Below are positions 1 to 9,357 of a DNA stretch of 64,000 bases, piece by piece. Every line of letters starts with the position of its first letter. Position 1 is the stretch's first letter. The position numbers and the translations under genes are program-made. Origin of the DNA: Candidatus Latescibacterota bacterium (GTDB lineage Bacteria > Latescibacterota > UBA2968 > UBA8231). The DNA lies in contig CBDETK010000013.1 of the NCBI GenBank assembly GCA_965242865.1, positions 1,312,001 through 1,376,000 on the forward strand, read 5' to 3'. Below the pieces are notes generated by a model. That model was given only the letters and a program-made list of their open reading frames with translations. It did no database searches and was not told the DNA's origin.

Positions 1-1769
1 AACCCTTGGCCGCGGCGACGCCGGCCCTTCTCGGTCGCGCATTCCTTGTCGAGGATGAGCACGGTCGTCCCGGGGATTCCCTTAAACTGCGCTAGGGCCT
101 CGGCGTGGCGCTCCAAGCCGAACACCGCGATCCGCTCCCCGTCTAAGGGGCGGTAGCGCGCCGGCTCCTCGCTGACGATCCCCACCTTCGCGACCCCCAG
201 CCCCAAAAGCTCCTGCACGACATCCGCCACTGGCCGCTGCCCGCCGGGCGTCTGCCCGCCAGTGAGCGCGACCGCCCCATTAAAAAGCAGCAGAAAGGTG
301 ATGTTCACCTCGCCTTGGACGCAGCTTTGGATCGCGCCGCGGCCGCTGTGGAAGTAGCTCCCGTCGCCCAAGTATTGATAGATGTGCTGGTTGCCGTTGA
401 AGGGGGCCCACCCGCTGTAAATGGCCCCGCCAGCCCCCATCGTGGGGATGTAGAGAACGCCCGAGTCGTAGGCTTCAATCGCCCGGATGGAGGAGCAGCC
501 AATGGCCCCCCCGGGCTTTTCGCGCAAGTCGCGGAAGCTGTTGTACGGACAGCCGCCGCAGGACATGGGCGTGACGCGGGGCACGGCTGGATAGGTGCGG
601 TCGAGGACGCGCTGGAGCGCGGCGAGGCGTGCGGGGGCCGCCCCCAGACGCGGCCCGAGCTTGAGCGCCAATTCCTCGGGATCGACCTCGCCGTGCGCCG
701 GAATCAGCGGCTGCCCGTCCTCGTCCCACTGGCCGTACACCGCCTCCACCTCCGCGCCCCACAGCGCGGCTTTGACGCCCTCTTCGACAAACGGGCCGGG
801 CTCCTCAACCACGTAGATGCGCCGCAACCCTCGGGCGAATGTGCACACGATTTCGTAGTCGAGCGGGTAGCTCACCGCGAGGTGCAACACCGGCACGCGC
901 AGCCCCAAGTAGGAAAGGGCCTGCCGCACGTCCGCGTAGCTCTTGCCCACGGCCACAAGGCCGACCTCGCCGCCGGCGTCCGCATCCACGATGCGGTTGA
1001 GGTCGTTGGCGCGGACATAGGCTTCCACCAGCGGCCACTTTTCCTCCACGAGTTGCTGCTGCATGGGCAATGCGCCCGTAGCCATGACGATCTGGTTGAA
1101 TCGCTTGGCAAATGCGCGGGCGGGCAATGCGATGTCGGGCCGCACACGCTCCAAGTCCACCGTGCTCGCGCCATCGCACACCGGCGTCGTTAGCTTGAGT
1201 GCGGTTACTACGCCGGCGTGGCGCGACAAGGCGACCGCGTGCAGCCCCAAGCGAATGACGTCCTCAATGCTGGCCGGATAGAAAATGGGCACCATGCTGC
1301 TGCGCAACACCCAATCGCTGGCCCCGGGCGAGACCGAGCTTTTGGAGCGGTGATCTTCTCCCGACAGCAGCACCATCGCGCCGCGGGCGCTGGTGCCGCT
1401 GAGGTTGGCCAACCACACCTCGTCGGGAATCCACATCGTGCCGTGCGCTTTGCCATACCAAAAGGCATCCACGTCCCCACTCGCGGCAAACTGGCTGCCC
1501 AATAGGGCCGAAGCCGCGGTTTTCTCGTTGATGCCGAACTGATGCACCGTGCGCCCCAGCTCGTTGAGCGCGTCGAATTGGGCGACCAGCTTCAGGTCTA
1601 GCCCCCCCAGCGGCGACCCCTCATAGCCGGTGAAATAGGTCTGGTTGACGTGGCCGGTGGCTTGGTCGCGCTCCTGCTTTTCGCGCACGAGGCGCACTAT
1701 TGCCTCCACGCCCGTGAGAAAAATCCGGCCATCGCGCTGTAGAAATTTGTCTTGAATGTCCAGCTTCAT
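1..1769 (-). CDS. Indolepyruvate ferredoxin oxidoreductase family protein (N-terminal part; runs off the window start)
   Basis: Manual translation from ATG 1769: MKLDIQDKFLQRDGRIFLTGVEAIVRL...FTGYEGSPLGGLD...FGINEKTAA...WYGKAHG...GEDHRSKSS, matching fused IOR motifs. Not in the ORF track because it is open at the edge. Confidence 0.85.
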   Translation of the reverse strand, partial: MKLDIQDKFLQRDGRIFLTGVEAIVRLVREKQERDQATGHVNQTYFTGYEGSPLGGLDLKLVAQFDALNELGRTVHQFGINEKTAASALLGSQFAASGDVDAFWYGKAHGTMWIPDEVWLANLSGTSARGAMVLLSGEDHRSKSSVSPGASDWVLRSSMVPIFYPASIEDVIRLGLHAVALSRHAGVVTALKLTTPVCDGASTVDLERVRPDIALPARAFAKRFNQIVMATGALPMQQQLVEEKWPLVEAYVRANDLNRIVDADAGGEVGLVAVGKSYADVRQALSYLGLRVPVLHLAVSYPLDYEIVCTFARGLRRIYVVEEPGPFVEEGVKAALWGAEVEAVYGQWDEDGQPLIPAHGEVDPEELALKLGPRLGAAPARLAALQRVLDRTYPAVPRVTPMSCGGCPYNSFRDLREKPGGAIGCSSIRAIEAYDSGVLYIPTMGAGGAIYSGWAPFNGNQHIYQYLGDGSYFHSGRGAIQSCVQGEVNITFLLLFNGAVALTGGQTPGGQRPVADVVQELLGLGVAKVGIVSEEPARYRPLDGERIAVFGLERHAEALAQFKGIPGTTVLILDKECATEKGRRRRGQG

Positions 1770-1949
1770 AAGAGGCTCTTGGCGTTGTTTTTTGGCTTCG
1801 TTTAACTTATGTTTTTTACTCGTCAATCCATTCAATCGCAGAAGAAAAGCTAATAAATACAGTGCCTTTTGATCAATGGGGCCGGGATGGCCCAACTTAA
1901 ACGCAGCAAAACATAGCCAAGGCAATCGAAGGGTCGTGAACATCAACCA

Positions 1950-2276
1950 ATGGATATTGGCAACATCATTCGAGCTATAGATGCTAAACGCCACGCCATC
2001 ACCGATCATGCAGATGAAAAATCGCAGGATCGTCAACTAGAGCTTGAAGACGTATTCCACTCCGTCCGCAATGGTGAGATTATCGAAAATTACCCAAGAG
2101 ACAAACCACGCCCAAGTTGCTTGATATATGGAAAAGGTAGCACTAGAGAGCCAATCCACAGTGTTTGGGCCTACGATGAGCAGCGTGAACGAGCAATTCT
2201 GATTACAGTTTATCGTCCCAATCCAGCAATTTGGATCCATGGACGCGAAAGGAGAAAACGCGATGGGGACGTTTGA
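1950..2276 (+). CDS. DUF4258 family protein (putative toxin of the DUF4258/YgiT-zinc-finger pair)
   Basis: ITDHADE...GEIIENYPRDKPRPSCLIYG...PIHSVWAYD...LITVYRP is the typical DUF4258 pattern; overlaps the downstream zinc-finger gene. Confidence 0.85.
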   Translation: MDIGNIIRAIDAKRHAITDHADEKSQDRQLELEDVFHSVRNGEIIENYPRDKPRPSCLIYGKGSTREPIHSVWAYDEQRERAILITVYRPNPAIWIHGRERRKRDGDV

Positions 2277-3366
2277 GGAATGTGCGGTATGTGGTGGCGA
2301 AATTGTCGCCCGAAAAGTCGAGAAGGTTTTGCGCTACGGCAATCGCGCAAAGAGCGTGAAAATTCAGGCAAAAGTTTGTCTTCGTTGTGGCGAACGTTTT
2401 TACGGGCCAAAGGCAACAAAACGCTTTGCCGAAATCCGCGCAAAATTAAAAGCGTCTGACGCACCCAACACGCCATGGCTCAACCTGCAAGACAAATTGG
2501 ATTACGAGATTTGGCTGCTCGGCTTTCTGGAAAAACACCGTGATAAAGACGAGAGTGTGTCGATCGAGATCAAAAGCGGTGAGGAGCAAAATATCAAGGT
2601 AGAGATGGTCGCGGAAGAATCTCTTGCCTCTTACTATACCGTCCCTCTCCTGAACGCCATGATGCCTCTCACTTTTGTTGCTTTCTTCAAGACCTTGGAC
2701 ATGCTTTTTGAGTGGATAATCGAAGGAAATGGCAAAGCGGTTCCTCGGCCATTTAAGTGCAAGGTCGAGCTGCTAAAGAAAGACCTCCAACTGCCCCCTC
2801 TCTTTGAGAACCGACCGTACCTTTACGATTACGCCAAAGCACTCTTTTGCCAACTGCTGCCGTATCGCAATGCAGTAGTTCATGAAAACAGCTTCTGCGT
2901 CTCTAAAGACACCCTGACCCTATCGAGTTCAGCGCAGGGCACCTCCCTGACTTTGAGCAGCAAACAGGTCGATCATTTGATGCGTTTCGCGCGTGTAATC
3001 GTCCGTGCTCTAACAGGCGAAGAGGTCATTGACGACTACCAAGACAAGATGCTGCGCTACTATCTCGACATCCTCGCGCCGGTCCACAAGCTAGAGACTT
3101 TCGGTCAACAACCGCCGAATTTCGTGCATGTCAAACTCACTGTGCCCAAGCAAGGCCCAGCCTTTTTAGTGGATCTGAAGAACGTGCGCGATCAACTTGC
3201 TTGCCCAAACCAAGAAACGATCTTTGACCTTAAGGTGGAAGGCGTGGAAGGAGAGCAGCTCATTGCAAAGTGGCACTTTTCGCCTGAAGAGATTCCAGCT
3301 TTTGACGTGATGACGTTGTACGAGGAATCGCATGCGGCAAACCGAGAGGAGCTCGTCCTTCCGTAG
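2263..3366 (+). CDS. YgiT-type zinc-finger protein fused to a ~300 aa putative HEPN domain
   Basis: ATG 2263 follows AAGGAGA. CAVCGG...CLRCGERFY zinc ribbon in the first ~65 aa; the distal helical region has RNAVVH (RX4H). Confidence 0.65.
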   Translation: MGTFEECAVCGGEIVARKVEKVLRYGNRAKSVKIQAKVCLRCGERFYGPKATKRFAEIRAKLKASDAPNTPWLNLQDKLDYEIWLLGFLEKHRDKDESVSIEIKSGEEQNIKVEMVAEESLASYYTVPLLNAMMPLTFVAFFKTLDMLFEWIIEGNGKAVPRPFKCKVELLKKDLQLPPLFENRPYLYDYAKALFCQLLPYRNAVVHENSFCVSKDTLTLSSSAQGTSLTLSSKQVDHLMRFARVIVRALTGEEVIDDYQDKMLRYYLDILAPVHKLETFGQQPPNFVHVKLTVPKQGPAFLVDLKNVRDQLACPNQETIFDLKVEGVEGEQLIAKWHFSPEEIPAFDVMTLYEESHAANREELVLP

Positions 3367-3398
3367 CTCTTGCCCGTTATTCTATATTCCATATAATA
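3366..3398 (+). repeat. 33-bp direct repeat, copy 1 (contains TTGCCC-N16-TATAAT promoter-like sequence)
   Basis: gctcttgcccgttattctatattccatataata, identical at 5183-5215. Confidence 0.95.
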
Positions 3399-3725
3399 GA
3401 GACAGCACCGTAGCAGTACGCCAACCGTAGCGCGGAGTAAACGGTTATAGCCCCCCATCGCGCCGATGGACCTCATACCGCCCCGATAGCCATGAATGAG
3501 CGGGGTCGAGTTCGTGCCCGACCATCTATGATGCCGTAGAGCAGGGTCCGAACGCATCCAGTACCCGGAATCGCAGCCGGGGCGTCAGCATGCGTATAGT
3601 CTCGTGTAGCCGCAGCTATCCGCATGGGTTATTAGGCATCCGTAAGCCGGTGTGATAATATAGGGCTTGTGCTAGGCCGGTGGCTGGGAAATCACGGGGA
3701 CATACCAAGTGGCTGACCTAAAAAA

Positions 3726-4799
3726 ATGAATAAACAAATGAAAAATCCACGTATTATCATCGATGCAAGCTACATTCGCGGTATGGATAGGAGTAAGGCT
3801 CAGTCTTGTTTTGGAGCTATATGTGAAAGAGGTGGTCGCATCGTGATAATCGACACCCTAGTTTACGAGCTTTTTACCACATCTAACAGAAAACAATGGC
3901 CTGTATCACAGATCAAGCTAAGGACATGCGCGAACTCTATTGAAGTATGGGAGCATGTACCTGTAGTGGTGAACTCTGAAATTAAATGTAACCGCCCGGC
4001 CCTGGCCTATGACATTTTAGATATTGAAACTAATAAAACTACTCGACAAATGCTAAAAGGAGATAAGCCTTACATACCTGAAGATTCGGAAAATATAAGG
4101 AGGAAAGTTAGACAAGAAAGAGAATACGATGAGTTCATTGAAATGCTTAAGAAATTCGTTGACCTACAATTATTTACTGATGAGGCTAAAAAACGAATTC
4201 AAAATAACCCAAGTGATAGTGACGAAATCGTACAAATTTTCTATAAATTTATCAATGATCCATCCTGTATTAGGGAGGCCATAAAAATTATAGCTGTTTC
4301 ACTAGATCCCAATGACGTAGATGACGCTTGGGTTACATGGCATTTCTCAAAATTACTCCTAGTCATGTACTGCTACAGTCAATATCAAGGGAAAAATATA
4401 CACCAAATATCAAGGGAAAAACTAATAAACACGAAACACGACTTAGACTACTTGATGTCGCTGGCATTCGAGGATGCAATCGCCTCTAAAGAGAAAAAAG
4501 AAATGTCCGACTTTCGGCAATGGATGTTTGGCGACACAAAACCACTGATAGACAGTTATTGTCCAAAGCAAATCGCTCGTGTTATGGATAGCCTCAAAGG
4601 CAACTCAAGCGATCGTCTTTCGCAAGATCTCGGAGGCAAAGACCAAAAGGCACTGTCGCAAGTGGATTTTATGCAGCTTTCACTTGAGGATCGTCGCCAA
4701 ATTTTGGCCCAGCAAGCAGACCAGCTAAAGAGCTACTACAAAAGGACGAGGGACGAGCGAACGGAATGGCAGGCCGGGGACTTCATAGATGTGTATTAA
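3726..4799 (+). CDS. Low-GC PIN-like protein with a C-terminal antitoxin-like tail
   Basis: N-terminal RIIIDASY...VYEL and later KHDLDY...ED acidic pattern (PIN-like, tentative). The tail FMQLSLEDRRQILAQQADQLKSYY...EWQAGDFIDVY resembles small proteins encoded upstream of PemK/MazF toxins. Confidence 0.5.
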   Translation: MNKQMKNPRIIIDASYIRGMDRSKAQSCFGAICERGGRIVIIDTLVYELFTTSNRKQWPVSQIKLRTCANSIEVWEHVPVVVNSEIKCNRPALAYDILDIETNKTTRQMLKGDKPYIPEDSENIRRKVRQEREYDEFIEMLKKFVDLQLFTDEAKKRIQNNPSDSDEIVQIFYKFINDPSCIREAIKIIAVSLDPNDVDDAWVTWHFSKLLLVMYCYSQYQGKNIHQISREKLINTKHDLDYLMSLAFEDAIASKEKKEMSDFRQWMFGDTKPLIDSYCPKQIARVMDSLKGNSSDRLSQDLGGKDQKALSQVDFMQLSLEDRRQILAQQADQLKSYYKRTRDERTEWQAGDFIDVY

Positions 4800-5133
4800 A
4801 CGCGGCGAAATATGGCGCGTGAATCTCGATCCAACCCGCGGCACAGAAATTCGCAAGACTCGTCCCGCCGTTGTTGTTAGCTCCGATTGGGTCGGCACCT
4901 TGCCAATTCGGTTGATCGCTCCATTGACCGAATGAAAACATCACTTTGAGCATAAAATTTGGCTCGTCAAGCTGGTGCCCGATCACACCAATGGACTGAC
5001 GAAACCATCTGTGGCTGATATATTACAACTGCGCGGAGTTGATACGCGGCGACTCAGCGAAAAAGTGGGCAGTATCTCTGAAACGGATATGCGTTCAATT
5101 GTTAGCGCAATCGCGGCGATCATCGAGTATTGA
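4789..5133 (+). pseudogene. mazF: PemK/MazF family toxin with an in-frame TGA at codon 49 (4933-4935)
   Basis: MCIKRGEIWRVNLDPTRGTEIRKTRPAVVVSSD...APLTE*KHHFEHKIWLV...NGLTKPSVADILQLRGVD...AIIEY*; the stop falls where Trp is usual. Confidence 0.85.
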
Positions 5134-5182
5134 CGCGATCTTTGGCCCAAAGGTGTGCGCTTGACCGGAGCGGAGTTAGGCC

Positions 5183-5215
5183 GCTCTTGCCCGTTATTCT
5201 ATATTCCATATAATA
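5183..5215 (+). promoter_or_regulatory. 33-bp direct repeat, copy 2; likely sigma70 promoter of the 5253 gene
   Basis: TTGCCC-N16-TATAAT about 40 bp upstream of ATG 5253; identical to 3366-3398. Confidence 0.7.
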
Positions 5216-5252
5216 AGTACGCCAACCTTCAATCCAAACTCAGAGCTTAACA

Positions 5253-5540
5253 ATGGCCGAAACGATTGACGAACTCACCATCCATTACGAAGAAAACGGC
5301 AAAGTCTTGCGCCGGGAAGTAGCCAAGGAAGTGCTCAGCAAGGGCGCTTGGACGACGATCATGTACCTCTATCAAGACCTCAACCGCAAAACCGGCGAGT
5401 ACGGCCCGCACAAAATATCCATTCGCCGCTATCAGAAGCGCGACGGGACCTTTCTACAGCGCAGCAAGTTTGAGGTGTCCAGCCAAGCCCAAGCACACAC
5501 GATCTGCCGCAAGATACAGGACTGGTTCCCCCCCGCCTAG
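5253..5540 (+). CDS. Small conserved hypothetical protein (possibly PC4/YdbC-like nucleic-acid-binding fold)
   Basis: 95 aa ORF with host-like codon usage, SKGAWTTIMY...SIRRYQKRDG; the fold call is a guess. Confidence 0.7.
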   Translation: MAETIDELTIHYEENGKVLRREVAKEVLSKGAWTTIMYLYQDLNRKTGEYGPHKISIRRYQKRDGTFLQRSKFEVSSQAQAHTICRKIQDWFPPA

Positions 5541-5549
5541 CCGCGTCGC

Positions 5550-6698
5550 TTACCCGGCTCTGGTAGCAACCTTCACCGGCACGCGATGCCAGCCCGTGCG
5601 GCCGTCGTACAGGTCGGGGCCTTCATCGACTTCCGGCTGCCTGTCCCCTGAGCTATCGGTTGCCCGCGCCACGATATGGTACTCGCCCGTGGCGGGCAAT
5701 TTCCATTCGTAGGCCCAAGTGACCCAAATGTTCGGCAAGCGCTGCGTGGTAATCTGCGCCTCGGCCCAAGACCGCCCGCCATTGGTGCTGACCTCGACCT
5801 TTTCGACCGTGCGCTCGCCAGCCATGGCGATCCCGTGAATGACAAAGGAGCGCCCTTCGGCCCCGCGCAGGGTTTGCAGCACCACGGAAACGCCGCCGTT
5901 GGCCGGGTCTTTCACATCGTCCCACACCGAGAGGGGCGCGTCAATCCGCGAGTTCACGGTCGCCACGGCCGCGTCCGACCACTTGAAGGACTTGTTCTCG
6001 GGCTTGCTCTCCCAATAGCCTAAATGGACTTTGTCGATCAACTCGATGCGGGTGATCCACTTCGGCATCTTCTGCCCGTAGTGCCCGGGGTTTATCAAGC
6101 GCAGGGGAAACCCGTGCTTGGAGGGCAGGGGCTCGCCGTTCATTTCCCAAGCGAGAATCACCTCGTCGCGGAGCGCCCGCTCCAGTGGAATCGACGTGGT
6201 ATAGCCATCGACGCTGTAAAACTTGACCCGGATCGCCTCGCCCTTGATCCCGGCTCGATCGAGGACCTCCGCAAGCGGCGTACCGCCCCACTCGGCATTG
6301 CCCACTAACGGCCCGCCGGTCCAGTTGCCAATGCACTGCATGGTCAAGACCTGCCGCTGCATGGGCAGCGCGGTAATATCCGCGTACGTCCAGCCGGCGT
6401 TGGGCTGGTCCACCAACCCATTCACGGCCAAGCGCCAACTATCGGCCACCAAGCGCGGATCGTAGTTGGTTCCCTTAATCGACTGGAGATAGTGCCGCGC
6501 ATTGGAGGTAATCGGCGGCAGCGGTAGGGCCGCTTCCGCCGGCATCTCTTCCAGATCCATGCTTGGGTCCATGTCCGGCCCGGTGGGCATGCTCTTGAAG
6601 CGCACCTCGTTGCCGTCGCACCCCCAAACGGGGAAAATCGCGGTGGCGACAACTGCCCCGCTCGACTTGAGAAACTGACGTCTAGTTGATTTGTGCAT
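5550..6698 (-). CDS. Sulfite oxidase family molybdopterin oxidoreductase, Tat-exported lipoprotein
   Basis: MHKSTRRQFLK Tat motif, VWGC lipobox-like, MQCIGN Mo-ligand Cys, MNGEPLPSKHGFPLRL, GQKMPKWITRIE, C-terminal dimerisation domain. Confidence 0.9.
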   Translation of the reverse strand: MHKSTRRQFLKSSGAVVATAIFPVWGCDGNEVRFKSMPTGPDMDPSMDLEEMPAEAALPLPPITSNARHYLQSIKGTNYDPRLVADSWRLAVNGLVDQPNAGWTYADITALPMQRQVLTMQCIGNWTGGPLVGNAEWGGTPLAEVLDRAGIKGEAIRVKFYSVDGYTTSIPLERALRDEVILAWEMNGEPLPSKHGFPLRLINPGHYGQKMPKWITRIELIDKVHLGYWESKPENKSFKWSDAAVATVNSRIDAPLSVWDDVKDPANGGVSVVLQTLRGAEGRSFVIHGIAMAGERTVEKVEVSTNGGRSWAEAQITTQRLPNIWVTWAYEWKLPATGEYHIVARATDSSGDRQPEVDEGPDLYDGRTGWHRVPVKVATRAG

Positions 6699-6708
6699 GA
6701 CGACTCCT

Positions 6709-7524
6709 TTAGCGAATGAGGGCCAACCCCAAGCCCCACGACGACCCGGCCCCGATGTTTTCTCCGGTAAAAACCACCTTCCACAACAAGTCGATCCACA
6801 GCGGGCCAACCACTTGCACGGCCGCGTTGCCGCCCACTTCGGCCCAATCGCCCTCCGAGACCTGCGCCACTCCGACCAGCCCGCTTTCCGAGTCGCCCGC
6901 GCTGAGCGTGTACACCCCGGCGACAAAGCCCTTGGCAAACAGCCACGGCCACGGCGTAGCCCCTAGCTCGACAAAATAGGACCCTTGGTTGGAAAACGGA
7001 CCGCCGCGCAGCTTGTATCCCGCCTCGGCCCCGGCGTAGAGCGGCAGCGGATAGAGCGACAGCCCCGCCAAGAGCCGCGTTTCAAATTCGGAATACCCGG
7101 TGCCCAAGGCCGGGTCGTACTCGCGGTCGTACCCGCTCGGAACCACGACCGCGACCTGCGGCGACAGCACCAGCCGGCCCTCGGTGAGTTGGTATTTCGC
7201 GCCGAGTTGCACGTCGCCCAACCCCCAAGTGATGCGCTCGACAAAGCGATCTTCCGACACCAGCCGCCCCGCGCCAACTTGGCCGGTCAGCGTCAACCGC
7301 TCGCGCAACCCGTATTCGAGGTACGCGAGGACTTGGCGGGCGCGGAATTGGTTGTCGTCCATGCCCATGGGCGCACGGCGGCCCATGTCGTTGAAGACCT
7401 CGGCGGTCGAGTAGTGTAGCCCCGATAGTTTGGCGTAGTAACTGCCCCGGGGCTGACTCCAAGCCCCGGCCCAGCTCTCGCCGGCCCAACATAGAGCCAA
7501 CAGGCCCATTGCTAACCAACGCAT
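6709..7524 (-). CDS. Exported protein, probable outer-membrane beta-barrel
   Basis: Signal peptide MRWLAMGLLALCWAGESWA-GAW; alternating beta-strand pattern GLGDVQLGAKYQL, ALGTGYSEFE. Confidence 0.65.
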   Translation of the reverse strand: MRWLAMGLLALCWAGESWAGAWSQPRGSYYAKLSGLHYSTAEVFNDMGRRAPMGMDDNQFRARQVLAYLEYGLRERLTLTGQVGAGRLVSEDRFVERITWGLGDVQLGAKYQLTEGRLVLSPQVAVVVPSGYDREYDPALGTGYSEFETRLLAGLSLYPLPLYAGAEAGYKLRGGPFSNQGSYFVELGATPWPWLFAKGFVAGVYTLSAGDSESGLVGVAQVSEGDWAEVGGNAAVQVVGPLWIDLLWKVVFTGENIGAGSSWGLGLALIR

Positions 7525-8675
7525 TTTTCGCCCCCTTTCCGCGGTGCAATCCGCTCGTAGAGTGCTAATAGTTTCTCGGCTTCGGCGTCCCAATTAAAAT
7601 GCTCTTCTGCGGCTCGCCGCGCCCGCGCCCCCTTGGCCTGTGCGGCCACGGGATCGTCGAGTAAGCACCCGATGGCGCGGGCATGGGCGGCCGGATCGCG
7701 CGGATCCACGAGCAGGCCCCAATCCGCGACCGCGCGAAACCGGCGGATGGAAGGCAAATCACTGGCGACTACCGGCAAACCGCAGGCAAAGTACTCAAAG
7801 AGCTTGGTCGGCACGAATGAGGCCAGATTTTTGGGCGAGACCTGCCCGGGCACCAAGCCAATCTGGCACGCGGCAATCGCCGCGCCCAATTCGTCGTACG
7901 GGACGCGCTTTTCACTGTATTGTATCTGCTCTTCCAGCCCCCAGTCGCGCAGGCACGCTTCAAATCGCTCCCGCAGCTCCTGCGAGTGAAACTCGCCGAT
8001 GCTCAAGAGGCGAACCTGCGGATGGGTGGTGGCTAGCGCGCGCATAATTTCGAGCAAGAACAGCCCGCCCCGGTCTTCGGACAGCGAGCCAATGTGGACC
8101 AGCGCACAAGGCCCTAGCGCACGGCCGCCGGGGGCAAACCACTCCAAGCGCGGATAGTTCTTCACCACGGCAAAAGGGCGGCTGGCAAAGCGGTCGCCTT
8201 GCTCCTCAACCACTCCGACCACGGCCGTGACAAAGTAGCGAGCGAGCAAGCGTTCGCCCCAGTCGACCAAGCGCGAGAAGGGCCGCCGCAGCCACGAGGG
8301 CACCCACGGCCGCACCATGACCACCAGCGGGAAGTGCTCGTGTACGTCGTAGATGACCCGCCGGCCGCAGAGCCTGAGCACCGCGCCCACGGGCAACAGC
8401 TCGGGGTCGTGGAAGTGGAAGTAATCAGCGTCTGAGCTCAGCCCGACGCGCAGCAACCGCCACAGGTTCAAAAACCGCTGGTTGCTCCCTCCGCGAGCGA
8501 CCGGTAAGGTCTGCACCCGCACCCCGGCCCACTCCCTGCACCCCGCCTCCGGCCCCGGCCCCACCACCGTCACCGCGTATCCCGCCCGCGCCAAGGTCTG
8601 CGCTTGCTTGTAGAAAATCCGCGCGTCAAACGGGTTGTGGACATTCGTCAGGTGGTACACCTCAGGCGCAGCCAA
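7512..8675 (-). CDS. Glycosyltransferase family 4
   Basis: VHNPFDARIFYKQ, HFHDPEL, YDVHE, PTKLFEYFACGLPVVASDLP; TTG start after GGGAGG inferred. Confidence 0.9.
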   Translation of the reverse strand: MAAPEVYHLTNVHNPFDARIFYKQAQTLARAGYAVTVVGPGPEAGCREWAGVRVQTLPVARGGSNQRFLNLWRLLRVGLSSDADYFHFHDPELLPVGAVLRLCGRRVIYDVHEHFPLVVMVRPWVPSWLRRPFSRLVDWGERLLARYFVTAVVGVVEEQGDRFASRPFAVVKNYPRLEWFAPGGRALGPCALVHIGSLSEDRGGLFLLEIMRALATTHPQVRLLSIGEFHSQELRERFEACLRDWGLEEQIQYSEKRVPYDELGAAIAACQIGLVPGQVSPKNLASFVPTKLFEYFACGLPVVASDLPSIRRFRAVADWGLLVDPRDPAAHARAIGCLLDDPVAAQAKGARARRAAEEHFNWDAEAEKLLALYERIAPRKGGEKCVG

Positions 8676-9357
8676 AAAGCACCTCCCGGCTTTGCGGGCC
8701 GCAATTAAAGAGCAGGTCAACCACCGACAGTTCGGCGACAAAACCTGCGTGACACTGGGGGTACACCGGGTGTTCAAAGGGGGTAAAGCGGCACTCAATA
8801 CCGGCCGCCGCAAACGCCTCCACGTCCAAGTACGCCTTTGAGGCCCCGCCCCCCGCTAGGTACACCTGACAGTCACACGCCTTGGCCATATCCACTAAGC
8901 GCGACGTCCGCTCATTCGGCAGGTCTAGCTGCGAGCTAAAGCGGACTTCGACCTCCACCTCCAAGAGCTGCAACAGGTGGCGCAGCAGGGCCACGTTTAA
9001 GTCGAGCAACTGGGGGGCCGCCTCCGCGTATAGGCCCTCTATGGCGGGAGCGTACGCGTCGAAAAAGGGCGCGTGGCCATAGTGCCAGCGCAGGGATTGG
9101 CAGTGCTTGCGCCGCCAGTCGCCGTCGGGCTCGGTCTGGACATCGCATATCTGCTGCCGGCCCCGGCCGCGCGTCCGCACGGGTACGGTCAGCCATTGCC
9201 AGCCCGAGGCCGTGCGGATGCGGTTGCGGTTGGTCAGGCTGCCGCGGCTGTATTGCACATCGTCGGCCAAGACCCACACGTCGGCTTGCCCCACCTTGTG
9301 AAACAAGCCCAGCCAAGGCAGAAAGTTGGGCTGGTGCGCCGCCAACACCCGGCTCAT
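8662..9357 (-). CDS. WbqC family protein
   Basis: AHQPNFLPWLGLFHK...DDVQY...NRNRI...WLTVP...LSVVDLLFNCG. Confidence 0.9.
   Translation of the reverse strand: MSRVLAAHQPNFLPWLGLFHKVGQADVWVLADDVQYSRGSLTNRNRIRTASGWQWLTVPVRTRGRGRQQICDVQTEPDGDWRRKHCQSLRWHYGHAPFFDAYAPAIEGLYAEAAPQLLDLNVALLRHLLQLLEVEVEVRFSSQLDLPNERTSRLVDMAKACDCQVYLAGGGASKAYLDVEAFAAAGIECRFTPFEHPVYPQCHAGFVAELSVVDLLFNCGPQSREVLFGCA

Noticed and set aside
4933-4935. TGA recoded as Trp or Sec (alternative genetic code)
   Set aside because: TGA ends many intact genes here, and the other internal stops are TAA and TAG, which fits ordinary pseudogenisation.
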